From Leptogorgia sarmentosa (Eukaryota): a stretch of DNA of 64,000 nucleotides. The stretch lies in the NCBI GenBank assembly GCA_964658305.1, contig OZ210885.1:14694001-14758000 (forward strand), written 5' to 3'. The notes beneath the pieces are model-generated. The model was not told the DNA's origin. It did not search any database and saw nothing but the letters and a program-made list of their open reading frames with translations. This document shows, in pieces, positions 20,667-35,800 of the stretch. The stretch's first letter is position 1, and each line of letters starts with the position of its first letter. The position numbers were made by a program, and so were the translations under genes.

Positions 20667-23600
20667 AAGTCTACAACACAAAGTATTCCCAGGTAGTCAC
20701 CCATCCAAGTACTAACTTTGCCCACCTAGGCTTAACTTCGGTGATCAGACGAGAACCGGTATTTTCCTACTGGTATGGTCGTAGACATTTGTTGATGGAA
20801 GTTACACTTTTTAAACGTGTAACAATAACAAAACCCTGAAGTTGAAATTGAAAGCAAACCTATTTACAAACACACATACAATAAAATGAAGCAAGTCAAC
20901 AACACAAAGTATTCCCAGGTGGTCACCCATCCAAGTACTAACTTTTCCCACCTAGGCCTAACTTCGGTGATCAGACGAGAACCGGTATTTTCCTACTGGT
21001 ATGGTCGTAGACATTTGTTGATGGAAGTTACACTTTTTAAACGTGTAACAATAACAAAACCCTGAAGTTGAAATTGAAAGCAAACCTATTTACAAACACA
21101 CATACAATAAAATGAAGCAAGTCAACAACACAAAGTATTCCCAGGTGGTCACCCATCCAAGTACTAACTTTTCCCACCTAGGCCTAACTTCGGTGATCAG
21201 ACGAGAACCGGTATTTTCCTACTGGTATGGTCGTAGACATTTGTTGATGGAAGTTACACTTTTTAAACGTGTAACAATAACAAAACCCTGAAGTTGAAAT
21301 TGACAGCAAACCTATTTACAAACACACATACAATAAAATGAAGCAAGTTTACAACACAAAGTATTCCCAGGTAGTCACCCATCCAAGTACTAACTTTGCC
21401 CACCTAGGCGTAACTTTGGTGATCAGACGAGAACCGGTATTTTCCTACTGGTATGGTCATAGACATTTGTTGATGGAAGTTACACTTTTTAAACGTGTAA
21501 CAATAACAAAACCCTGAAGTTGAAATTGAAAGCAAATCTATTTACAAACACACATACAATAAAATGAAGCAAGTCTACAACACAAAGTATTCCCAGGTGG
21601 TCACCCATCCAACTACTAACTTTGCCTACCTAGGCTTAACTTCGGTGATCAGACGAGAACCGGTATTTTCCTACTCGTATGGTCGTAGACATTTGTTGAT
21701 GGAAGTTACACTTTTTAAACGTGTAACAATAACAAAACCCTGAAGTTGAAATTGGAAGGAATTATATTTACAAATAGGCATTAAATAACATTTAGCAAAT
21801 CTACAACACAAAGTATTCCCAGGTGGTCACCCATCCAAGTACTAACTTTTCCCACCTAAGCTTAACTTCGGTGATCAGACGAGAACCGGTATTTTCCTAG
21901 TGGTATGGTCGTAGACATTTGTTGATGGAAGTTACACTTTTTAAACGTGTAACAATAACAAAACCCTAAAGTTGAAATTGAAAGGAATTATATTTACAAA
22001 CACACATACAATAAAATGAAGCAAGTCTACAACACAAAGTATTTCCAGGTAGTCACCCATCCAAGTACTAACTTTGCCCACCTAGGCTTAACTTCGGTGA
22101 TCAGACGAGAACCGGTATTTTCCTACTGGTATCTTCGTAGACATTTGTTGATGGAAGTAACACTTTTTAAACGTGTAACAATAACAAAACCCTGAAATTG
22201 AAATTAAAAGCAAACCTATTTACAAACACACATACAATAAAATGAAGCAAGTCTACAACACAAAGTATTCCCAGGTGGTCACCCATCCAACTACTAACTT
22301 TGCCCACCTAGGCTTAACTTCGGTGATCAGACGAGAACCGGTATTTTCCTACTCGTACGGTCGTAGACATTTGTTGATGCAAGTTACACTTTTTAAATGT
22401 GTAACAATAACAAAACCCTGAAGTTGAAATTGAAAGGAATTATATTTACAAATAGGCATTAAATAACATTTAGGAAAACAAAAATACAAAGTATTTCCAG
22501 ATGTAGCAATAACAAAATCCCTGAAGTTTACATTGAAAGCAAACCTATTTACAAACACACATACAATAAAATGAAGCAAGTCTACAACACAAAGTATTCC
22601 CAGGTGGTCACCCATCCAAGTACTAACTTTTCCCACCTAGGCCTAACTTCGGTGATCAGACGAGAACCGGTATTTTCCCACTGGTATGGTCGTAGACATT
22701 TGTTGATGGAAGTTACACTTTTTAAACGTGTAACAATAACAAAACCCTGAAGTTGAAATTGAAAGCAAACCTATTTACAAACACACATACAATAAAATGA
22801 AGCAAGTCTACAACACAAAGTATTCCCAGGTAGTCACCCATCCAAGTACTAACTTTGCCCACCTAGGCCTAACTTCGGTGATCAGACGAGAACCGGTATT
22901 TTCCTACTGGTATGGTCGTAGACATTTGTTGATGGAAGTTACACTTTTTAAACGTGTAACAATAACAAAACCCTGAAGTTGAAATTGAAAGCAAACCTAT
23001 TTACAAACACACATACAATAAAATCAAGCAAGTCTACAACACAAAGTATTCCCAGGTGGTCACCCATCCAAGTACTAACTTTTCCCACCTAGGCTTAACT
23101 TCGGTGATCAGACGAGAACCGGTATTTTCCTACTGGTATGGTCGTAGACATTTGTTGATGGAAGTAACACTTTTTAAACGAGTAACAATAACAAAACCCT
23201 GAAGTTGAAATTGAAAGCAAACCTATTTACAAACACACATACAATAAAATGAAGTAAGTCTACAACACAAAGTATTCCCAGGTGGTCACCCATCCAAGTA
23301 CTAACTTTTCCCACCTAGGCCTAACCTCGGTGATCAGACGAGAACCGGTATTTTCCCATTGGTATGGTCGTAGACACTTGTTGATGGAAGTTACACTTTT
23401 TAAACGTGTAACAATAACAAAACCCTGAAGTTGAAATTGAAAGCAAACCTATTTACAAACACACATACAATAAAATGAAGCAAGTCTACAACACAAAGTA
23501 TTCCCAGGTAGTCACCCATCCAAGTACTAACTTTGCCCACCTAGGCCTAACTTCGGTGATCAGACGAGAACCGGTATTTTCCTACTGGTATGGTCGTAGA

Positions 23601-25945
23601 CATTTGTTGATGGAAGTTACACTTTTTAAACGTGTAACAATAACAAAACCCTGAAGTTGAAATTGAAAGCAAACCTATTTACAAACACACATACAATAAA
23701 ATCAAGCAAGTCTACAACACAAAGTATTCCCAGGTGGTCACCCATCCAAGTACTAACTTTTCCCACCTAGGCTTAACTTCGGTGATCAGACGAGAACCGG
23801 TATTTTCCTACTGGTATGGTCGTAGACATTTGTTGATGGAAGTAACACTTTTTAAACGAGTAACAATAACAAAACCCTGAAGTTGAAATTGAAAGCAAAC
23901 CTATTTACAAACACACATACAATAAAATGAAGTAAGTCTACAACACAAAGTATTCCCAGGTGGTCACCCATCCAAGTACTAACTTTGCCCACCTAGGCCT
24001 AACTTCGGTGATCAGACGAGAACCGGTATTTTCCTACTGGTATGGTCGTAGACATTTGTTGATGGAAGTTACACTTTTTAAACGTGTAACAATAACAAAA
24101 CCCTGAAGTTGAAATTGAAAGCAAACCTATTTACAAACACACATACAATAAAATCAAGCAAGTCTACAACACAAAGTATTCCCAGGTGGTCACCCATCCA
24201 AGTACTAACTTTTCCCACCTAGGCTTAACTTCGGTGATCAGACGAGAACCGGTATTTTCCTACTGGTATGGTTGTAGACATTTGTTGATGGAAGTTACAC
24301 TTTTTAAACGTGTAACAATAACAAAACACTGAAGTTGAAATTGAAAGGAATTATATTTACAAATAGGCATTAAATAACATTTAGCAAAACAACAATACAA
24401 AGTATTTCCAGATATAGCAATAACAAAATCCCTGAAGTTTACATTGAAAGCAAACCTATTTACAAACACACATACAATAAAATGAAGCAAGTCTACAACA
24501 CAAAGTATTCCCAGGTAGTCACCCATCCAAGTACTAACTTTGCCCACCTAGGCTTAACTTCGGTGATCAGACGAGAACCGGTATTTTCCTACTGGTATCA
24601 TCGTAGACATTTGTTGATGGAAGTAACACTTTTTAAACGTGTAACAATAACAAAACCCTGAAATTGAAATTGAAAGCAAACCTATTTACAAACACACATA
24701 CAATAAAATGAAGCAAGTCTACAACACAAAGTATTCCTCCGGGTGGTCACCCATCCAACTACTAACTTTGCCCACCTAGGCTTAACTTCGGTGACCAGAC
24801 GAGAACCGGTATTTTCCTACTCGTACGATCGTAGACATTTGTTGATGCAAGTTACACTTTTTAAATGTGTAACAATAACAAAACCCTGAAGTTGAAATTG
24901 AAAGGAATTATATTTACAAATAGGCATTAAATAACATTTAGGAAAACAACAATACAAAGTATTTCCAGATGTAGCAATAACAAAATCCCTGAAGTTTACA
25001 TTGAAAGCAAACCTATTTACAAACACACATACAATAAAATGAAGCAAGTCTACAACACAAAGTATTCCCAGGTGGTCACCCATCCAAGTACTAACGTTGC
25101 CCACCAAGGCTTAACTTCGGTGATCAGACGAGAACCGGTATTTTCCTACTGGTATGGTCGTAGACATTTGTTGATGGAAGTTACACTTTTTAAACGTGTA
25201 ACAATAACAAAACCCTGAATTTAAATTGAAAGCAAACCTATTTACAAACACACATACAATAAAATGAAGCAAGTCTACAACACAAAGTATTCCCAGGTAG
25301 TCACCCATCCAAGTACTAACTTTGCCCACCTAGGCTTAACTTCGGTGATCAGACGAGAACCGGTATTTTCCTACTGGTATGGTCGTAGACATTTGTTGAT
25401 GGAAGTTACACTTTTTAAACGTGTAACAATAACAAAACCCTGAAGTTGAAATTGAAAGCAAACCTATTTACAAACACACATACAATAAAATGAAGCAAGT
25501 CTACAACACAAAGTATTCCCAGGTGGTCACCCATCCAAGTACTAACTTTTCCCACCTAGGCCTAACTTCGGTGATCAGACGAGAACCGGTATTTTCCTAC
25601 TCGTACGGTCGTAGACATTTGTTGATGCAAGTTACACTTTTTAAATGTGTAACAATAACAAAACCCTGAAGTTGAAATTGAAAGGAATTATATTTACAAA
25701 TAGGCATTAAATAACATTTAGGAAAACAACAATAGAAAGTATTTCCAGATGTAGCAATAACAAAATCCCTGAAGTTTACATTGAAAGCAAACCTATTTAC
25801 AAACACACATACAATAAAATGAAGCAAGTCTACAACACAAAGTATTCCCAGGTGGTCACCCATCCAAGTACTAACTTTGCCCACCAAGGCTTAACTTCGG
25901 TGATCAGACGAGAACCGGTATTTTCCTACTGGTATGGTCGTAGAC
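20667..25945 (-). rRNA. 5S rRNA: 5S rRNA gene cluster, segment 3
   Basis: 5S units between insert copies 2 and 3. Confidence 0.95.
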
Positions 25946-26020
25946 ATTTGTTGATGGAAGTTACACTTTTTAAACGTGTAACAATAACAAAACCCTGAAT
26001 TTGAAATTGAAAGCAAACCT

Positions 26021-26768
26021 TAATAAAACACGCAATTCGTTTTTGGCGATTTGTGGGTGACGGAAAGTGCGGTTTCTGGGAGTAAGGGCCCCCGGAGAAG
26101 CTGGAGAAAACAACATCAGGGTGAGGGTAAGGGCCCTCAACGTTGTGGACGTTGAATCTCATGTCCAAGCCGGGCTTCCCCCTGGTGAAGTGACCGGGAG
26201 ATGCAAAGATCAGAGCGAGGGTAAGGGCCCCCACTGTTATGGACCTTCCTCTCCTTTGCCGGTGTGAGCTTCACCGTGGGTGAAGTGTGGCCGTGTGGAC
26301 ACCACTTTCCGCCCCGATGTTCTTTTATTTCCTTTCAAATAGCTAGACTACATATGTACAAGTGTAGTAAAGTTAAATATGGGTGTCACTGCGTCTTCAT
26401 GGGAGATAAAGTTAGACATGGTGGAACAAGCTATGCTGGTTGGTTGTCTCTGTCTTCTTTCTTGTTGTGTGTTTCTTCTGGGTGGGTGGGTGGGTTTTTC
26501 AATTTTCCAATGTGTCTACCGAATGGCAGTTAAGACCAGTATGGACTACGGAGGCTTTGATAGCTATTTATATCCGTTGAACAAACTCAGGAATGACGGC
26601 TTAACCGAAACCCAATCAGTGACAAAATTAGTTGCCACGAAGGCTTAGAGATTAACAACTTCCTAAGATACTTATTTCTTTTAAGCTGTCTATACTTTAT
26701 GTCTTTTACGTATGTGAAAGAATTTGCTTCTTATTAATCCCAATTTATTACTATGATAATAAATTGGC
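26021..26768. mobile_element. 748-bp unclassified insert, copy 3
   Basis: Same junctions; one substitution seen (C>A at 26140); offset 18408 from copy 1. Confidence 0.7.
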
Positions 26769-26802
26769 CCTATTTACAAACACACATACAATAAAATGAA
26801 GC

Positions 26803-29800
26803 AAGTCTACAACACAAAGTATTCCCAGGTAGTCACCCATCCAAGTACTAACTTTGCCCACCTAGGCTTAACTTCGGTGATCAGACGAGAACCGGTATTT
26901 TCCTACTGGTATGGTCGTAGACATTTGTTGATGGAAGTTACACTTTTTAAACGTGTAACAATAACAAAACCCTGAAGTTGAAATTGAAAGCAAACCTATT
27001 TACAAACACACATACAATAAAATGAAGCAAGTCAACAACACAAAGTATTCCCAGGTGGTCACCCATCCAAGTACTAACTTTTCCCACCTAGGCCTAACTT
27101 CGGTGATCAGACGAGAACCGGTATTTTCCTACTGGTATGGTCGTAGACATTTGTTGATGGAAGTTACACTTTTTAAACGTGTAACAATAACAAAACCCTG
27201 AAGTTGAAATTGACAGCAAACCTATTTACAAACACACATACAATAAAATGAAGCAAGTTTACAACACAAAGTATTCCCAGGTAGTCACCCATCCAAGTAC
27301 TAACTTTGCCCACCTAGGCGTAACTTTGGTGATCAGACGAGAACCGGTATTTTCCTACTGGTATGGTCATAGACATTTGTTGATGGAAGTTACACTTTTT
27401 AAACGTGTAACAATAACAAAACCCTGAAGTTGAAATTGAAAGCAAATCTATTTACAAACACACATACAATAAAATGAAGCAAGTCTACAACACAAAGTAT
27501 TCCCAGGTGGTCACCCATCCAACTACTAACTTTGCCTACCTAGGCTTAACTTCGGTGATCAGACGAGAACCGGTATTTTCCTACTCGTATGGTCGTAGAC
27601 ATTTGTTGATGGAAGTTACACTTTTTAAACGTGTAACAATAACAAAACCCTGAAGTTGAAATTGGAAGGAATTATATTTACAAATAGGCATTAAATAACA
27701 TTTAGCAAATCTACAACACAAAGTATTCCCAGGTGGTCACCCATCCAAGTACTAACTTTTCCCACCTAGGCTTAACTTCGGTGATCAGACGAGAACCGGT
27801 ATTTTCCTAGTGGTATGGTCATAGACATTTGTTGATGGAAGTTACACTTTTTAAACGTGTAACAATAACAAAACCCTAAAGTTGAAATTGAAAGGAATTA
27901 TATTTACAAACACACATACAATAAAATGAAGCAAGTCTACAACACAAAGTATTTCCAGGTAGTCACCCATCCAAGTACTAACTTTGCCCACCTAGGCTTA
28001 ACTTCGGTGATCAGACGAGAACCGGTATTTTCCTACTGGTATCTTCGTAGACATTTGTTGATGGAAGTAACACTTTTTAAACGTGTAACAATAACAAAAC
28101 CCTGAAATTGAAATTAAAAGCAAACCTATTTACAAACACACATACAATAAAATGAAGCAAGTCTACAACACAAAGTATTCCCAGGTGGTCACCCATCCAA
28201 CTACTAACTTTGCCCACCTAGGCTTAACTTCGGTGATCAGACGAGAACCGGTATTTTCCTACTCGTACGGTCGTAGACATTTGTTGATGCAAGTTACACT
28301 TTTTAAATGTGTAACAATAACAAAACCCTGAAGTTGAAATTGAAAGGAATTATATTTACAAATAGGCATTAAATAACATTTAGGAAAACAAAAATACAAA
28401 GTATTTCCAGATGTAGCAATAACAAAATCCCTGAAGTTTACATTGAAAGCAAACCTATTTACAAACACACATACAATAAAATGAAGCAAGTCTACAACAC
28501 AAAGTATTCCCAGGTGGTCACCCATCCAAGTACTAACTTTTCCCACCTAGGCCTAACTTCGGTGATCAGACGAGAACCGGTATTTTCCCACTGGTATGGT
28601 CGTAGACATTTGTTGATGGAAGTTACACTTTTTAAACGTGTAACAATAACAAAACCCTGAAGTTGAAATTGAAAGCAAACCTATTTACAAACACACATAC
28701 AATAAAATCAAGCAAGTCTACAACACAAATTATTCCCAGGTAGTCACCCATCCAAGTACTAACTTTGCCCACCTAGGCTTAACTTCGGTGATCAGACGAG
28801 AACCGGTATTTTCCTACTGGTATGGTCGTAGACATTTGGTGATGGAAGTTACACTTTTTAAACGTGTAACAATAACAAAACCCTGAAGTTGAAATTGAAA
28901 GCAAACCTATTTACAAACACACATACAATAAAATCAAGCAAGTCTACAACACAAAGTATTCCCAGGTGGTCACCCATCCAAGTACTAACTTTTCCCACCT
29001 AGGCTTAACTTCGGTGATCAGACGAGAACCGGTATTTTCCTACTGGTATGGTCGTAGACATTTGTTGATGGAAGTTACACTTTTTAAACGTGTAACAATA
29101 ACAAAACACTGAAGTTGAAATTGAAAGGAATTATATTTACAAATAGGCATTAAATAACATTTAGCAAAACAACAATACAAAGTATTTCCAGATATAGCAA
29201 TAACAAAATCCCTGAAGTTTACATTGAAAGCAAACCTATTTACAAACACACATACAATAAAATGAAGGAAGTCTACAACACAAAGTATTCCCAGGTGGTC
29301 ACCCATCCAAGTACTAACTCTGCCCACCTAGGCTTAACTTCGGTGATCAGACGAGAACCGGTATTTTCCTACTGGTATGGTCGTAGACATTTGTTGATGG
29401 AAGTTACACTTTTTCAACGTGTAACAATAACAAAACCCTGAAGTTGAAATTGAAAGCAAACCTATTTACAAACACACATACAATGAAATGAAGCAAGTCT
29501 ACAACACAAAGTATTCCCAGGTAGTCACCCATCCAAGTACTAACTTTGCCCACCTAGGCTTAACTTCGGTGATCAGACGAGAACCGGTATTTTCCTACTG
29601 GTATGGTCGTAGACATTTGTTGATGGAAGTAACACTTTTTAAACGAGTAACAATAACAAAACCCTGAAGTTGAAATTGAAAGCAAACCTATTTACAAACA
29701 CACATACAATAAAATGAAGTAAGTCTACAACACAAAGTATTCCCAGGTGGTCACCCATCCAAGTACTAACTTTTCCCACCTAGGCCTAACTTCGGTGATC

Positions 29801-32800
29801 AGACGAGAACCGGTATTTTCCCACTGGTATGGTCGTAGACACTTGTTGATGGAAGTTACACTTTTTAAACGTGTAACAATAACAAAACCCTGAAGTTGAA
29901 ATTGAAAGCAAACCTATTTACAAACACACATACAATAAAATGAAGCAAGTCTACAACACAAAGTATTCCCAGGTAGTCACCCATCCAAGTACTAACTTTG
30001 CCCACCTAGGCCTAACTTCGGTGATCAGACGAGAACCGGTATTTTCCTACTGGTATGGTCGTAGACATTTGTTGATGGAAGTTACACTTTTTAAACGTGT
30101 AACAATAACAAAACCCTGAAGTTGAAATTGAAAGCAAACCTATTTACAAACACACATACAATAAAATCAAGCAAGTCTACAACACAAAGTATTCCCAGGT
30201 GGTCACCCATCCAAGTACTAACTTTTCCCACCTAGGCTTAACTTCGGTGATCAGACGAGAACCGGTATTTTCCTACTGGTATGGTCGTAGACATTTGTTG
30301 ATGGAAGTAACACTTTTTAAACGAGTAACAATAACAAAACCCTGAAGTTGAAATTGAAAGCAAACCTATTTACAAACACACATACAATAAAATGAAGTAA
30401 GTCTACAACACAAAGTATTCCCAGGTGGTCACCCATCCAAGTACTAACTTTTCCCACCTAGGCCTAACTTCGGTGATCAGACGAGAACCGGTATTTTCCC
30501 ACTGGTATGGTCGTAGACACTTGTTGATGGAAGTTACACTTTTTAAACGTGTAACAATAACAAAACCCTGAAGTTGAAATTGAAAGCAAACCTATTTACA
30601 AACACACATACAATAAAATGAAGCAAGTCTACAACACAAAGTATTCCCAGGTAGTCACCCATCCAAGTACTAACTTTGCCCACCTAGGCCTAACTTCGGT
30701 GATCAGACGAGAACCGGTATTTTCCTACTGGTATGGTCGTAGACATTTGTTGATGGAAGTTACACTTTTTAAACGTGTAACAATAACAAAACCCTGAAGT
30801 TGAAATTGAAAGCAAACCTATTTACAAACACACATACAATAAAATCAAGCAAGTCTACAACACAAAGTATTCCCAGGTGGTCACCCATCCAAGTACTAAC
30901 TTTTCCCACCTAGGCTTAACTTCGGTGATCAGACGAGAACCGGTATTTTCCTACTGGTATGGTCGTAGACATTTGTTGATGGAAGTTACACTTTTTAAAC
31001 GTGTAACAATAACAAAACACTGAAGTTGAAATTGAAAGGAATTATATTTACAAATAGGCATTAAATAACATTTAGCAAAACAACAATACAAAGTATTTCC
31101 AGATATAGCAATAACAAAATCCCTGAAGTTTACATTGAAAGCAAACCTATTTACAAACACACATACAATAAAATGAAGGAAGTCTACAACACAAAGTATT
31201 CCCAGGTGGTCACCCATCCAAGTACTAACTCTGCCCACCTAGGTTAACTTCGGTGATCAGACGAGAACCGGTATTTTTTTACTGGTATGGTCGTAGACAT
31301 TTGTTGATGGAAGTTACACTTTTTCAACGTGTAACAATAACAAAACCCTGAAGTTGAAATTGAAAGCAAACCTATTTACAAACACACATACAATGAAATG
31401 AAGCAAGTCTACAACACAAAGTATTCCCAGGTAGTCACCCATCCAAGTACTAACTTTGCCCACCTAGGCTTAACTTCGGTGATCAGACGAGAACCGGTAT
31501 TTTCCCACTGGTATGGTCGTAGACACTTGTTGATGGAAGTTACACTTTTTAAACGTGTAACAATAACAAAACCCTGAAGTTGAAATTGAAAGCAAACCTA
31601 TTTACAAACACACATACAATAAAATGAAGCAAGTCTACAACACAAAGTATTCCCAGGTAGTCACCCATCCAAGTACTAACTTTGCCCACCTAGGCCTAAC
31701 TTCGGTGATCAGACGAGAACCGGTATTTTCCTACTGGTATGGTCGTAGACATTTGTTGATGGAAGTTACACTTTTTAAACGTGTAACAATAACAAAACCC
31801 TGAAGTTGAAATTGAAAGCAAACCTATTTACAAACACACATACAATAAAAGGAAGCAAGTCTACAACACAAAGTATTCCCAGGTGGTCACCCATCCAAGT
31901 ACTAAGTTTTCCCACCTAGGCTTAACTTCGGTAATCAGACGAGAACCGGTATTTTCCTACTCGTACGGCCGTAGACATTTGTTGATGGAAGTTACACTTT
32001 TTAAACGTGTAACAATAACAAAACACTGAAGTTGAAATTGAAAGGAATTATATTTACAAATAGGCATTAAATAACATTTAGCAAAACAACAATACAAAGT
32101 ATTTCCAGATATAGCAATAACAAAATCCCTGAAGTTTACATTGAAAGCAAACCTATTTACAAACACACATACAATAAAATGAAGGAAGTCTACAACACAA
32201 AGTATTCCCAGGTGGTCACCCATCCAAGTACTAACTCTGCCCACCTAGGCTTAACTTCGGTGATCAGACGAGAACCGGTATTTTCCTACTGGTATGGTCG
32301 TAGACATTTGTTGATGGAAGTTACACTTTTTCAACGTGTAACAATAACAAAACCCTGAAGTTGAAATTGAAAGCAAACCTATTTACAAACACACATACAA
32401 TGAAATGAAGCAAGTCTACAACACAAAGTATTCCCAGGTAGTCACCCATCCAAGTACTAACTTTGCCCACCTAGGCTTAACTTCGGTGATCAGACGAGAA
32501 CCGGTATTTTCCTACTGGTATGGTCGTAGACATTTGTTGATGGAAGTAACACTTTTTAAACGAGTAACAATAACAAAACCCTGAAGTTGAAATTGAAAGC
32601 AAACCTATTTACAAACACACATACAATAAAATGAAGTAAGTCTACAACACAAAGTATTCCCAGGTGGTCACCCATCCAAGTACTAACTTTTCCCACCTAG
32701 GCCTAACTTCGGTGATCAGACGAGAACCGGTATTTTCCCACTGGTATGGTCGTAGACACTTGTTGATGGAAGTTACACTTTTTAAACGTGTAACAATAAC

Positions 32801-35800
32801 AAAACCCTGAAGTTGAAATTGAAAGCAAACCTATTTACAAACACACATACAATAAAATGAAGCAAGTCTACAACACAAAGTATTTCCAGGTAGTCACCCA
32901 TCCAAGTACTAACTTTGCCCACCTAGGCTTAACTTCGGTGATCAGACGAGAACCGGTATTTTCCTAGTGGTATGGTCGTAGACATTTGTTGATGGAAGTA
33001 ACACTTTTTAAACGTGTAACAATAACAAAACCCTGAAATTGAAATTAAAAGCAAACCTATTTACAAACACACATACAATAAAATGAAGCAAGACTACAAC
33101 ACAAAGTATTCCCAGGTGGTCACCCATCCAACTACTAACTTTGCCCACCTAGGCTTAACTTCGGTGATCAGACGAGAACCGGTATTTTCCTACTCGTACG
33201 GTCGTAGACATTTGTTGATGCAAGTTACACTTTTTAAATGTGTAACAATAACAAAACCCTGAAGTTGAAATTGAAAGGAATTATATTTACAAATAGGCAT
33301 TAAATAACATTTAGGAAAACAAAAATACAAAGTATTTCCAGATGTAGCAATAACAAAATCCCTGAAGTTTACATTGGAAGCAAACCTATTTACAAACACA
33401 CATACAATAAAATGAAGCAAGTCTACAACACAAAGTATTCCCAGGTGGTCACCCATCCAAGTACTAACTTTTCCCACCTAGGCCTAACTTCGGTGATCAG
33501 ACGAGAACCGGTATTTTCCCACTGGTATGGTCGTAGACATTTGTTGATGGAAGTTACACTTTTTAAACGTGTAACAATAACAAAACCCTGAAGTTGAAAT
33601 TGAAAGGAAACCTATTTACAAACACACATACAATAAAATGAAGCAAGTCTACAACACAAAGTATTCCCAGGTGGTCACCCATCCAAGTACTAACTTTTCC
33701 CACCTAGGCCTAACTTCGGTGATCAGACGAGAACCGGTATTTTCCCACTGGTATGGTCGTAGACATTTGTTGATGGAAGTTACACTTTTTAAACGTGTAA
33801 CAATAACAAAACCCTGAAGTTGAAATTGAAAGCAAACCTATTTACAAACACACATACAATAAAATGAAGCAAGTCTACAACACAAAGTATTCCCAGGTAG
33901 TCACCCATCCAAGTACTAACTTTGCCCACCTAGGCTTAACTTCGGTGATCAGACGAGAACCTGTATTTTCCTACTGGTATGGTCGTAGACATTTGTTGAT
34001 GGAAGTTACACTTTTTAAACGTGTAACAATAACAAAACCCTGAAGTTGAAATTGAAAGCAAACCTATTTACAAACACACATACAATAAAATGAAGCAAGT
34101 CTACAACACAAAGTATTCCCAGGTGGTCACCCATCCAAGTACTAACTTTTCCCACCTAGGCTTAACTTCGGTGATCAGACGAGAACCGGTATTTTCCTAC
34201 TGGTATGGTCGTAGACATTTGTTGATGGAAGTTACACTTTTTAAACCTGTAACAATAACAAAACCCTGAAGTTGAAATTGAAAGCAAACCTATTTACAAA
34301 CACACATACAATAAAATGAAGCAAGTCTACAACACAAAGTATTCCCAGGTGGTCACCCATCCAAGTACTAACTTTTCCCACCTAGGCCTAACTTCGGTGA
34401 TCAGACGAGAACCGGTATTTTCCTACTGGTATGGTCGTAGACATTTGTTGATGGAAGTTACACTTTTTAAACGTGTAACAATAACAAAACCCTGAAGTTG
34501 AAATTGAAAGCAAACCTATTTACAAACACACATACAATAAAATGAAGCAAGTCAACAACACAAAGTATTCCCAGGTGGTCACCCATCCAAGCACTAACTT
34601 TTCCCACCTAGGCCTAACTTCGGTGATCAGACGAGAACCGGTATTTTCCCACTGGTATGGTCGTAGACATTTGTTGATGGAAGTTACACTTTTTAAACGT
34701 GTAACAATAACAAAACCCTGAAGTTGAAATTGAAAGCAAACCTATTTACAAACACACATACAATAAAATGAAGCAAGTCTACAACACAAAGTATTCCCAG
34801 GTAGTCACCCATCCAAGTACTAACTTTGCCCACCTAGGCTTAACTTCGGTGATCAGACGAGAACCGGTATTTTCCTACTGGTATGGTCGTAGACATTTGT
34901 TCATGGAAGTTACACTTTTTAAACGTGTAACAATAACAAAACCCTAAAGTTGAAATTGAAAGGAATTATATTTACAAACACACATACAATAAAATGAAGC
35001 AAGTCTACAACACAAAGTATTCCCAGGTAGTCACCCATCCAAGTACTAACTTTGCCCACCTAGGGTTAACTTCGGTGATCAGACGAGAACCAGTATTTTC
35101 CTACTGGTATCATCGTAGACATTTGTTGATGGAAGTAACACTTTTTAAACGTGTAACAATAACAAAGCCCTGAAATTGAAATTAAAAGCAAACCTATTTA
35201 CAAACACACATACAATAAAATGAAGCAAGTCTACAACACAAAGTATTCCCAGGTGGTCACCCATCCAACTACTAACTTTGCCCACCTAGGCTTAACTTCG
35301 GTGATCAGACGAGAACCGGTATTTTCCTACTCGTACGGTCGTAGACATTTGTTGATGAAGTTACACTTTTTAAATGTGTAACAATAACAAAACCCTGAAG
35401 TTGAAATTGAAAGCAAACCTATTTACAAACACACATACAATAAAATGAAGCAAGTCTACAACACAAAGTATTCCCAGGTAGTCACCCATCCAAGTACTAA
35501 CTTTGCCCACCTAGGCTTAACTTCGGTGATCAGACGAGAACCGGTATTTTCCTACTGGTATGGTCGTAGACATTTGTTCATGGAAGTTACACTTTTTAAA
35601 CGTGTAACAATAACAAAACCCTAAAGTTGAAATTGAAAGGAATTATATTTACAAACACACATACAATAAAATGAAGCAAGTCTACAACACAAAGTATTCC
35701 CAGGTAGTCACCCATCCAAGTACTAACTTTGCCCACCTAGGGTTAACTTCGGTGATCAGACGAGAACCAGTATTTTCCTACTGGTATCATCGTAGACATT

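Noticed and set aside
7613..26768. Insert spacings are exactly 12272 and 6136 (2:1)
   Set aside because: There is no insert at the midpoint and the intervening unit orders differ, so this is most likely a coincidence of unit-length sums.
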